A stretch of DNA of 63,099 bases, the filler included, from Octopus bimaculoides (lineage: Eukaryota): NCBI RefSeq assembly GCF_001194135.2. It is 5 parts of 5 records of this genome, joined end to end, with 100 filler letters (N's around TTAATTAATTAA, not from the genome) between each part and the next. Parts side by side here need not be neighbours in the genome. Positions count along the whole stretch, not along the records: positions 51,471 to 58,169 come from NC_068986.1; positions 58,270 to 61,958 come from NC_068998.1; positions 62,059 to 63,099 come from NW_026427013.1; 2 more parts are not named here. One strand, 5' to 3'. Below, in pieces: positions 52,801 to 63,099 of this stretch. The stretch's first letter is position 1. Each line of letters begins with the position of its first letter. Under the pieces are notes generated by a model. It had not been told where the DNA came from and did no database searches. It saw nothing but the letters and a program-made list of their open reading frames with translations. The position numbers were made by a program, and so were the translations under genes.

Positions 52801-53458
52801 TAGTAGTACATCATAAGACTTCCCCTGTTTCATTATCAATGGTCTGCTAATGGGCGACCCCCTTAATTTTCAGCTAACATCTTGTTTTAAGTTTTCCGTT
52901 ACCAAACCTCATGATATTGCTTCTAATAAATCTTGATTTTTATGAGTATACCAACTGTGATTTCTGTCTGTTCCCTCAGTCCTACACTTAAGAGATACTG
53001 CCCTTTGTTCTCTCAGCCTTATATATACAAGGATTTGATAAATTAGTCTATAAATTTAAAACAAAAAAAACATTGACAGGCAAAGTCTGTAACATTGTAT
53101 ATCTTCTTGATAACTTAGTAACATCTATGCTGGAATGAAAGCAGCATGTTCTTTGTCTATCTCTTTAACATCTTGGATATTTTATGTATAATTATACTAA
53201 TGTATTGATCTCTTCTAATTTAATTAGTTTCTATGTCTTTCTGCAGCTGAGGATCGCTCTGCACTTTAAATTGATGTAATGATTGCATTGTTCAATTAAA
53301 TGGAGTTGCTTGAAACGATCGTACAGCATTTCCTGTGGATATCCTTGTTGCTTATTTTGATTTATACATATGTATATACATATATATATATATCTATACA
53401 CATATATATATATACATATATATATACATACATATCTATATATGTATATACATATGTG

Positions 53459-53512
<54 letters not shown>

Positions 53513-53782
53513 NNNNNNNNNNNNNNNNNNNNNNNNNNNNNNNNNNNNNNNNNNNNNNNNNNNNNNNNNNNNNNNNNNNNNNNNNNNNNNNNNNNNNNNN
53601 NNNNNNNNNNNNNNNNNNNNNNNNNNNNNNNNNNNNNNNNNNNNNNNNNNNNNNNNNNNNNNNNNNNNNNNNNNNNNNNNNNNNNNNNNNNNNNNNNNNN
53701 NNNNNNNNNNNNNNNNNNNNNNNNNNNNNNNNNNNNNNNNNNNNNNNNNNNNNNNNNNNNNNNNNNNNNNNNNNNNNNNNNN

Positions 53783-53813
<31 letters not shown>

Positions 53814-56559
53814 TATTATGCGCCCTTTTAAAGCCTAGCCAGGCTCATGGGCCCGGTTTCCCGGTTTCTATGGCATATGTGCTCCCCGCAGCAGGACGGG
53901 ACGCCAGTCCATCGCTGCGTTACTCAAGAAATAGGAAGAACGAGTGAGAGATAGTTGGGGCGAAATATTACAGCAGGGGTTTAGTTTTTAAGTTGTGTAA
54001 TTGCATTAATAATCCCTAACCCTATTCCATGGAATGCGCAGAGCAACAACACACATGGAGACGAAAAGTGTCGCTGAAGAGGTCATACACGTGTGACGAA
54101 AGATTTGTGGACAATGGACATGAGTTAGAATAAGAACAGTAATATACAAAATGAAGAACGAATATATAGTGCGGGTGTTTTTATTTGCAAAGAAGTAAAT
54201 GACCATCTCGAAATACACTATATATATATATATATATAGAATGATAACCATTTCAAATGTGAGGTCATGATATCCACGAATTACGGTTTTGAATCCGGGT
54301 CATTGGTTGTAAACTCACAATGTGCTTCAGGTTTGTCATAAATTTGATTTTAAATAGAAGTCAGGAGAAAATATAAATAAATAGTTTTATTAATGTAATT
54401 ACACAACTTAAAAACTAAATTATATTTCTTCTCTCGATAAATAAGTGTGTGTCAGCGTGCGTGTGTCTATGTATTTCTTCATTAAGCATCTATGTGTGTG
54501 AGTGTAAAAATTGATGAAGTTAGTCGACTAAGGCGATAATTTATAATCTTAATTTTTCTTAATTGCAGAAATAATTTTTTAAGGTGAGACTGTAAGTTGA
54601 TCATTTCACGATTAGAAATTTGGTGTTTGTATTGAGGTGGGAGTGGAGTGGGTTTTAGGAGGCATTGCAATAGATATCTTGTAGAATGAATATGTTAATG
54701 AGACAGGTAATACAATATTTTAGAGAATAATGTGAAAGTAAAATAAATGTGTTTGAAAATATCTTACAAATTAGTAACAATTCAATGTTATATGTTCACC
54801 AAATTGTTGAAGCTTTGGAGTATGATATATTTTTCTATGTTAAAAAAATAATTTGAATATTTAGAAAATGTTGAAGACATTTAAGAAATGTATAGTATTT
54901 GTTCATCCAATCGTTGAAGTGCTTGAATATATGTTTCTGCTATATATATTTACATTATAATGGAGTCTTTGCAGTCTAAATAATAATGATAACAATTACA
55001 GTCTAGTTTTTAAAAAGTGATTTTGCTTTGAAAGCTGAAAATCCAGATCTAGTTGTGACAAGCAGTATAACATTAGAGACAATAATATCAAATTGTAATA
55101 TTTTGAATTTTGTTTCTTTAACAATAGATTAAAAAAAAACCATTATGAATGACTTAGTGATATTCTACTAAGATACAGTGAAAAAAGAAATAAAAGACTA
55201 CCAGTTTGATAATAATTTTATTTACAATATTTTGTCAATATCTACGACGTGTGTTTTTATAGGGTTTATAAATTTGATAAAAGCAATTTTAGCATAAGTT
55301 TTCTGCCTTACATCTTCCATTTCTAGATTCTAAGCATTACTTGATCTTACCTTTATCAATATCTTTGTTCTATCATATTTTTAAATATTCTTACTGGCAA
55401 TGCCGAAGATTTGGGGCAGAAACGCATGAAAAAATATAAAATATTAGCCCACTGCTAGATCTAAAAAGCATGAGCCGACAAAATTTTTTTAAAATAGATA
55501 TTATCTCTCCACATTCCAACTACATATTTAATCGAGCTACGTTAATTATATAAACACTTCTAATCTTATCCTGAATGTAAACTTTCTTACAAGTTGATGG
55601 CTCCTGCATACATATTAAATTACACTTGCAATATTTCATATTCATTTTTACATTAATTTATTTTTTATTTAATACATACCTTTAAGCTAAAAGGAAGAAA
55701 AAAATATAAATAGAATAAACCCATTAACACTTACAAAAACAACTTTATAACTATATTTTTAGACTGAGAATACTTTTCAACTAATTTTCAACATTATCAA
55801 ACAAATTGCTCATTTCCAAAATAGCTATAAGTATGCTTCTAATTGCTAACTGAATAATTTCCACAACCTCGAAAAATATCATTTTACATTCTCTCCAAGA
55901 AAATTGTAATAATTTAAAAAGAATAACATTATAGACTAGTAAAATAATGAACAAATTTTGTACACATATTGCATTCACACATACACGTACGCACACACAC
56001 ACAAACATACATTTTATTGCTCATATTTTTACCATAGTTATTATATAAGTAGTTGCATTAGATAAATACACTAAACACTTTTTTCTTTTAAATCTTATTA
56101 TTTTGACTCTATAGACCTCAATTAAACTTAACATGAATCTAAACACATTCTCTCTTAGCGTGTCTTCACTTTCAATTTTTTATCCCTTAATAATGATTTC
56201 AAACGTAGTCACAAGATCAAATATATTGTACGAAAAAGCTAGGCGATGATATTAAACCCAGTTCTTTATGAGTACTTATCGCATGAAACGAAGAAGGAGA
56301 AAATTCGGCGCTGCATTTGGAGGGACTTAAGCTTTCTAAGCGATAGCCTTATCAAGTTTGTTAATCATTCAAATTTATTTCAACGAACAAAACTCCAGTC
56401 TGATCAGCAAGCTGTAAAACAGTGGGTGAACTCAAGCACTTTGTAAAAGAGAATGAGCCCAAACAATCATACACAATTCCTCCACCTAATATTATGAGTA
56501 ACCATTTCCATTAATATCTTCTCAAGCACTCGCAACAACAACAAATTCAGTATCGCTCG

Positions 56560-56960
56560 CAGGAGGAGCTTCTAAATTCAGAGAGACAGATAACGTTATG
56601 CTCCATTTCTCATGATTTGTACGGTCATACCAAGATGCTATCGGCGCCTGTGGTCTCTCTAAACCAAAATCCTCACTCTGGGATTTGAGGCACCCAAAAG
56701 AGCAAACCCACAAAATATTAAGAATAAATTGCATGACTGATTTTGAAATTGTCCACATCTGTGGTCTCATTCCGTACTCCCCCTTCAAAATTCATACTGA
56801 AAACACGTAATTCAAATACTTTTCTCCAACAGGCCCTGTTCTACTTAACATTATCCCAAAGCAAATGAAAGAAGAAAAAGATCGCATCAACTTCAGACCA
56901 TATCTAGACAAGTTCCTTCAAAGGAATAGAGATAAAGCACTTATATATATACCAGTCAGC
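56560..56960 (+). mobile_element. Decayed CR1/L2-type LINE RT C-terminus
   Basis: Fragments VMLHFS*FVRS and FSPTGPVLLNIIPKQMKEEKDRINFRPYLDKFLQ resemble the F..RGPRLFNSLP.EI....FK..LDKFL terminus of CR1/L2-group LINEs. Confidence 0.45.
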
Positions 56961-58169
56961 TACTCGATACGTGAATGGACTATGATGCCACTGCACTTTA
57001 TTTTCAAATGACTTAACATGTCAAGTCACTAAGTTTTATTTTGCCTTTTTGTTTTATATGACTAAATATCTCATCTCCAGAAGATAAAATAAGATATGCG
57101 TGTGTGGGTTTGTCCACGTGCGTGTGTGTCTGTCTGTTTGTATATATAAATATATATATATANNNNNNNNNNNNNNNNNNNNNNNNNNNNNNNNNNNNNN
57201 NNNNNNNNNNNNNNNNNNNNNNNNNNNNNNNNNNNNNNNNNNNNNNNNNNNNNNTATATATAGATAGATATATATATATATATATATGATTATATGCATG
57301 CATATATACACACAAGCACATACATATATCAATACATAAATATATTAATAGATATTTATATATATACAAACATAAACACTCATGCCTGTATGTGTGTTTG
57401 TGTGAGCATGTGCATATGCGCGTGCGTGTGTGTGTTTGTGTGTGTTTGTGTATGTATATAAATATGAATATATATGCATATATACATACAAACACACACA
57501 TATATACATATGGATGCATAAATATATTACCATATATGTATATACATATATACGAACATAAATACGCCTCTGTGTGTGTGTGGGGGGGGTGCGAATGTGA
57601 AAATGTATGTGTACGCAACACATACAAATATATTTCCCCATAAACAACAAAAATGTATCGAAACTTAAAATGCAGCAATTAGTATCGCGTGGCGGGATTC
57701 TCTATTTCGAAATTATGTAAATAAGAGCCATGAATACATCTACGAGAAAAGTGTTACGGGAATTAATGTCTGTAAATGAGTTTGTGCGCCTGCGTGTTCC
57801 TGATTATTTGTTCAGGTTTGCGCACTCTTTTGTGTGACTGTAAGTGATGTGTGTATACCTAAATGTTGAAAATATTTAGCTGCAGCATATATTTTAAATA
57901 TACTGATTTCAATAAGCAATGCACACATACATGAGTACTAAAACCATCAGAAGAATACACACACGCTGCCTTCAAGCAATACATATATTGCGTGTGTATA
58001 AATACCGGTGGTATTATATATACACACATACATACATACGTACATACATATAAATTCATATGCATATACATACATATACATATATATACAGATACATAAA
58101 TATATATATATATATGTACATATATATACATATATGTGTGCATATATATATATATATGTATATATATAT

Positions 58170-58269
58170 NNNNNNNNNNNNNNNNNNNNNNNNNNNNNNN
58201 NNNNNNNNNNNNNTTAATTAATTAANNNNNNNNNNNNNNNNNNNNNNNNNNNNNNNNNNNNNNNNNNNN
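58170..58269. other. Artificial 100-bp spacer
   Basis: 44 N + TTAATTAATTAA (58214-58225) + 44 N. Confidence 0.95.
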
Positions 58270-58312
<43 letters not shown>

Positions 58313-58530
58313 AAAATAACTCTTCGAAACACTTAGTTTTAGAATGGTGGCAGCTGATGAAGGAAATGTTCCCTATGTGGCCTGTGTGTTTTCTGTACTC
58401 TTTATGTTCTGTTTTTCATTTTGTCCATGTTTTTTTGTGACGTTCTGTGCCCAGATATGCATCTATATATACATGTAGATGTAGGTATGTACATACATGT
58501 ACGTATATATGCATATACTCACATATTATA

Positions 58531-58568
<38 letters not shown>

Positions 58569-58639
58569 TATGATAGTTGAATGTCATTTAAGGAGAATAT
58601 AAATGCTATTGCAATATAAGAAACAAAAAAAAACTTGTA

Positions 58640-59924
58640 ATATTGATGAGACATAACTTAAATTCATGTTTTTAAGGCATCAGGAGAAACAGAAATTGAT
58701 CTTGGTTTGACAGCCTCTGCTGAAAGATTCTGTTGATTGGTTGCAAAGCGAGCACAAAAACAGATATGGCAACAGTTGCTAATACATTTCAGTTCTGGAG
58801 TAAGTCTTGTCACTACCAGCTCCACAAGAATTTAATACTGAACGTAATAAAGATATCAGTGATAATCAATAGAAAAGTGATAAAAAGGCATCACCTATAT
58901 AACAGTGTAATGCATGTGAAGTAATTGCAAATATAGATGCAGAAGTAAATATGTAAACAGCTGTAAATATGGATGCAGAAGCTAGTGTCACTGATTTCGG
59001 CAAAATACATCAAAGCTATTTAATTGTTTAACATTTTCAGACTATAAAATATCAGCAAGTCTTGCATATGAAACTATATCTTAAAAAGATTAACTGGACT
59101 CTACAAGTATTTTAAATGTCAGAAAAAAGGTTCCGTTATTTTTCACAAGTCAAAGAAACAACCTCCAATGCATTGATACTTAAACTATTACTCAGACTTT
59201 GATAAAAAAAAAAAAAAAAAAAAAAAAGAAAGAAAAAGAAAAAGAAGGATAATGATGCCTCATCAGCTTTTTAATAAGTGTGAGTCTTATTGTAATTTAA
59301 AAAAATAGAGCTGAAGGTGGTAAATTCAAAACATTTCCCTTAACACATAAATTTGCATATAAGAAATGACTCCTATTGTATGTGAACATTTGACAAATCT
59401 GAAACAAAAAATAAACTTTTATTTTCCGTCAGCGAACACACAAGTTCAAAATCCCTTCATAAAAATCCCATCTAATATTGGTCTGAAAATATGTGAAGAA
59501 GAGGAATTGGCATCTATATCCAGTGATTGCTGACATAAAATCAAGTATGCTGAGTTTACCTATTGATACATTTTGGGTTGCTATGATACGAGAATGCCCC
59601 TCAGTAGCAAAAACAGCCTTACTCATTTTGATGCAGTTTTCCACATTATATTTATGTGAGTTGGAATTGTCAACCCTCAATAACATCAAATCCCAGAAAA
59701 GAGAGGCTCCATTGCATCGAAGAAGAAATGAGGGTTTGTCTTTCCCAAATATCTCCCAATATTGAAAACGTTTCCAAAAAACATCAAGCATGTGTTTGTC
59801 GTTGATAACTTTGCTTCATATATTGAATAAAGAGTAAGTACATGCAATTTTTAATTATCTATATATTACTTTTTAGAATTTATGTAGAAAAAGTGTCAAA
59901 AAAAAAAAAGTTTGGGAACCACTG
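58640..59924 (+). mobile_element. Decayed hAT (Buster/Charlie-type) transposon; dimerisation domain and right TIR recognisable, left boundary uncertain
   Basis: 59493-59790 reads FWVAMIRECPSVAKTALLILMQFSTLYLCELELSTLNNIKSQKR, a hAT C-terminal dimerisation motif. The right end aaaaagtttgggaaccactg is the reverse complement of CAGTGGTTCCCAAACTTTTT and is followed by ctcTAacc. Confidence 0.75.
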
Positions 59925-59977
59925 CTCTAACCACTGAGCTAAGTATTCTTTTTTTTTTCTGTAATCCCTCATTCTCC

Positions 59978-60043
59978 TCACAACAGCAAAGTCATATTAG
60001 TCTTTTGTGAAGAACCATCTCCAAAGCTGGTCAGAAGATTGTC
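59978..60043 (-). CDS. Possible third (terminal) exon of the segment D gene (DNLLTSFGDGSSQKTNMTLLL*)
   Basis: Acceptor gtgtcttgatacag|GAC in phase 0, matching the previous exon end, and open to TGA. No independent support. Confidence 0.2.
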   Translation of the reverse strand, partial: DNLLTSFGDGSSQKTNMTLLL

Positions 60044-60432
60044 CTGTATCAAGACACGTAACCAAAATCCTGTTAGTTGCACCAAGTCTATGGTAAAAGT
60101 AACTATATTACTTTTCAAACACCATATACTTCTGTTGGACCACAGGCCACCAGCTTAGGATATTTTTGTACACATTTCAACAAAATATTTTCACAACAAT
60201 ATGCTTTTTTTTTTTTCTAAGTTTTTCAATGCCTCTTTTAGATACTCATTTTCCAACTCACTTCTTTCTCAGACAAAATTCTTTAAAATGGCTTTATAAC
60301 TTATCGTTTAAATCCTGCCAGATTATTTCCAATAATAATGTTTAAAACTAATTGTGAATGTCAACGTTCAGAGCTCCGAAACTGTTAACGTAATATATTG
60401 GTAATTAAGACAAACAGGAATTATATACTTAC

Positions 60433-60497
60433 TGAACCACTTTTCCTTCGTTTTTGTGAATTAGGATTGGGAGGTGTGTATTTTCCTGCTCTTGCAC
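60433..60497 (-). CDS. Next coding exon of the same gene (G-ARAGKYTPPNPNSQKRRKSGS), containing a basic NLS-like KRRK
   Basis: Acceptor aattttttcag|GT and donor TCA|gtaagt. 65 nt. Splices in frame to 61284-61398 across a 786-nt GT-AG intron. Confidence 0.65.
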
Positions 60498-60779
60498 CTG
60501 AAAAAATTATAATGGGATAATAAGACCAAAAAGAATAAAAGAACATGATCCATCATATATTTTACAATTGATGTTTGGACTCCAGGAGATGTCTTTGTAA
60601 TTAGTGGAGTTCCAAACTTAATTTGGAACCAACAAAATAATAAGCAATGTCAGTGAAGTGGAACTGAATGGACAAATTGTATCAAAATTATTATCATCAT
60701 CATCATCGTCATCGTCATCACCCGAGAGAGATGTACAAACAACATTCTGATATGACGTAGAACCAGTTCAGATGAAGCA

Positions 60780-60995
60780 ATGGACTGTGAAATGGTCAAG
60801 AATGTTGACACCTTCTGATACCTGAGTAACTAGAGTGGATGGTCAGTTATTATAATGCTGCTCGGACTTCCTGAACAATGGTTCTGAAGAACTTCTTACC
60901 ATTCTGACCATTTGCGTTTTTAGATCATCAGTGTTTACACGTGTTCTGTGCTGCTATGATAATGAAACCTGGCTTGTGGAATGCTGATAATTCAA
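60780..60995 (+). mobile_element. Decayed RTE-like RT C-terminal fragment inside the intron of the segment D gene
   Basis: VKNVDTF*YL and EELLTILT...VLCCYDNETWLV resemble VDxFxYLG, FRELLPLL and LYGSETW motifs. Confidence 0.5.
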
Positions 60996-61283
60996 ACCAC
61001 CTCTCTCAGAAAGGCAAAACCATGATAAGATGAATCTTACACCAGAACATACAGTCAAAGTTAAGAAATTACTTTGGTCTCTTTATAACACGAAGAGATT
61101 CTCAGATAAAGAGACTAGGTTGTCCCAAATTTCTAATTACGTTTATTTCTTTTATAAATGATGTGAAATCCTCTTCCTCAGAAGCAGGTTCAATCTACCT
61201 TGGATGTAAGAATCCAAGAATAATGAAAACTCCATCTGAGGACTTTAAAAATTCATAATCAAATATAACATTTAAAGACTTAC

Positions 61284-61398
61284 CACGTAAAGGTTCTTCT
61301 AATGTTCTTTTACTGTTAAAACCATAGTATGGAGAACCTGGTTTGGCTACTGGAGACAATGAATCTGGAGACATGGGCATACTATTACCCAACAAGCC
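61284..61398 (-). CDS. Coding exon of an unidentified Ser/Pro-rich protein (GLLGNSMPMSPDSLSPVAKPGSPYYGFNSKRTLEEPLR-G)
   Basis: Pyrimidine-rich acceptor ttttttatctcttgatccag|GGC and consensus donor G|gtaagt. 115 nt open in phase 0 to phase 1, matching the phase of the next exon. Confidence 0.65.
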
Positions 61399-61921
61399 CT
61401 GGATCAAGAGATAAAAAATAAAACATTTTAAAATAAGAACTTAATGGAACAGCTCTCATAACATTCTGAGATAAATTCCAAATTTCAAGAAACAGATAAC
61501 ATACATTACTGGGTGAGTAAATGTTATTTAGAATAAATGTTACTGGTTAACTCTGAAAATTGCAAGGGAACCATGTCGGTAACCAGGTCATGGTTGGAGC
61601 AACAAAAAATTTGGACACCAAATAACAAATGCAGAAGTGCAGTTAACAGTTTCTGAAGTGCTAATGTGTCTTACATGCTGTAAATATCTGAAACTTAGTA
61701 AAATTGGTAGTAATTATAATATAGTGTGTAAAATCTCAAGCCATTATTACATCAATAAATCTAGTGACGCCTTGTTTAATTTAAATTCAATAAACTGTGA
61801 AAATGGTTTTACCCGGTCTCGATTAAATAAGTATCAGTTAATCAGTTACGCACTGGGGTCAATGTAATCGACTTAATCCCTTGTTTGTCCCCTCTATGTT
61901 TATCCCTTGTGGGTAATAAAG

Positions 61922-61958
<37 letters not shown>

Positions 61959-62058
61959 NNNNNNNNNNNNNNNNNNNNNNNNNNNNNNNNNNNNNNNNNN
62001 NNTTAATTAATTAANNNNNNNNNNNNNNNNNNNNNNNNNNNNNNNNNNNNNNNNNNNN
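61959..62058. other. Artificial 100-bp spacer
   Basis: 44 N + TTAATTAATTAA (62003-62014) + 44 N. Confidence 0.95.
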
Positions 62059-62504
62059 TCTTTCTTCCTTCAGTCACTTTTTATCTCGCCTGCCATAAAA
62101 TTTTAACGTATTCTTCCGTAGACGTCGTGGATGGAATGGAGAGGAGATAAAATTACGGATGATGTCAGAATATAAATTTTGATAGTGTTTTAATAAACGA
62201 AATTTTCATGTTTGGTGAGAATACGTTGGATGTAAAATGAATGAAAATATTATAATCGCTACAGGTGTAGTCCAAGTTTAAACGTAGTCCAGGTCCAAAC
62301 GACGACTAAAACTCTGCCCTCACGAACAAGAGCTCATCTGCAGACTTGTATAATGAATGATTAATTAAGGAAACTTATGATTAACTGCCTTAAGTTTATG
62401 TACATACATCCATCCATACATACATATATACATACATAAATATATGCGTACATATATGCATTTATGTATATATATATATATATATATATATGTCCAAACG
62501 TATA

Positions 62505-62690
62505 TGTATATATGAATGTTTTGCTCGAAGAACAAACAAGGCCAAATTCATGGACTCCAACGGGGTAACAAAAACACACATCAGAATGACGTACAATTCG
62601 TTCAAGGAAAGAGGGAAGATGCACACAGCATATTTACAGAGAACCAAAAGCATCTCATCTGTTACAAACTCTCTCGAAAATGCTGCATAA
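62505..62690 (+). mobile_element. Possible Penelope-like GIY-YIG endonuclease remnant
   Basis: KTHIRMTYNSFKERGKMH resembles the YIGxTxNSFKERYxxH motif of Penelope GIY-YIG domains. The match is short. Confidence 0.35.
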
Positions 62691-63099
62691 TATGAACATT
62701 CTGTTCTATGTGAAAGATGATATATTACTCTAATATAAGATGAAAATTGTGCTCATGTGATTTAACATTGTTCAACCGCAGAGTAAAACTTGACCAAACA
62801 GTTCTATGACACAAAACATTCTAGCGGAGACATTCGAGTTTATTACGTGCATCACGGACTAAAATATCGATGGGCTATTTTCCTTTTTAAGCAGTTCTTG
62901 AAACGTAAAGGTAAACATTTATGCTTCCCAATGTTTTAAGATGTAAAACAACAATAATTTCCCAAAACGTATTGATAACTTTGACACGAGAACTGGAAAT
63001 GTCCGTTCTATCATTGGCACTGAATTGTGAGAGTAGTAAAAATACCTATAGATCTTTGCATACTTTTTTCTGTATACTTATATATATATATATATATAT

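Noticed and set aside
58320-58370. GAAAC followed by CTGATGA, a possible circularly permuted hammerhead
   Set aside because: I could not form stems I-III with the required geometry.

Overview
Repeat-rich animal genomic DNA, most likely an octopus draft assembly (inferred from the very dense CA/TA/AAT/CAT microsatellites, the SINE/RTE/mariner/Penelope landscape and the invertebrate TAK1 sequence). It is not one contiguous locus. Four identical 100-bp artificial spacers (44 N + TTAATTAATTAA + 44 N) split it into five unrelated segments: A 1-31112, B 31213-51370, C 51471-58169, D 58270-61958 and E 62059-63099. Host coding sequence I can support is small: one 129-nt kinase-domain exon of MAP3K7/TAK1 (18762-18890, minus strand) and two in-phase exons of an unidentified Ser/Pro-rich, probably nuclear protein (61284-61398 and 60433-60497, minus strand). 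The rest is decayed mobile DNA (R4/Dong-type, RTE, CR1/L2-like and Penelope-like retroelements; mariner, hAT and piggyBac-like DNA elements; at least three SINE families), simple repeats and N gaps. Nearly all long ORFs in the supplied track are microsatellite or N artefacts. Most interesting observations: an inverted pair of minimal hammerhead ribozyme motifs (45715-45947); R4/Dong insertions sitting in (AAT)n tracts supplied by SINE tails; two fold-back rearranged mariner elements; and a compositionally odd, CpA/TpG-depleted 879-bp diverged tandem duplication in segment C. I found no prokaryotic system, no CRISPR array and no bona fide tRNA or rRNA gene. All alignments and counts were done by hand, and family names come from recalled motifs, not database searches.
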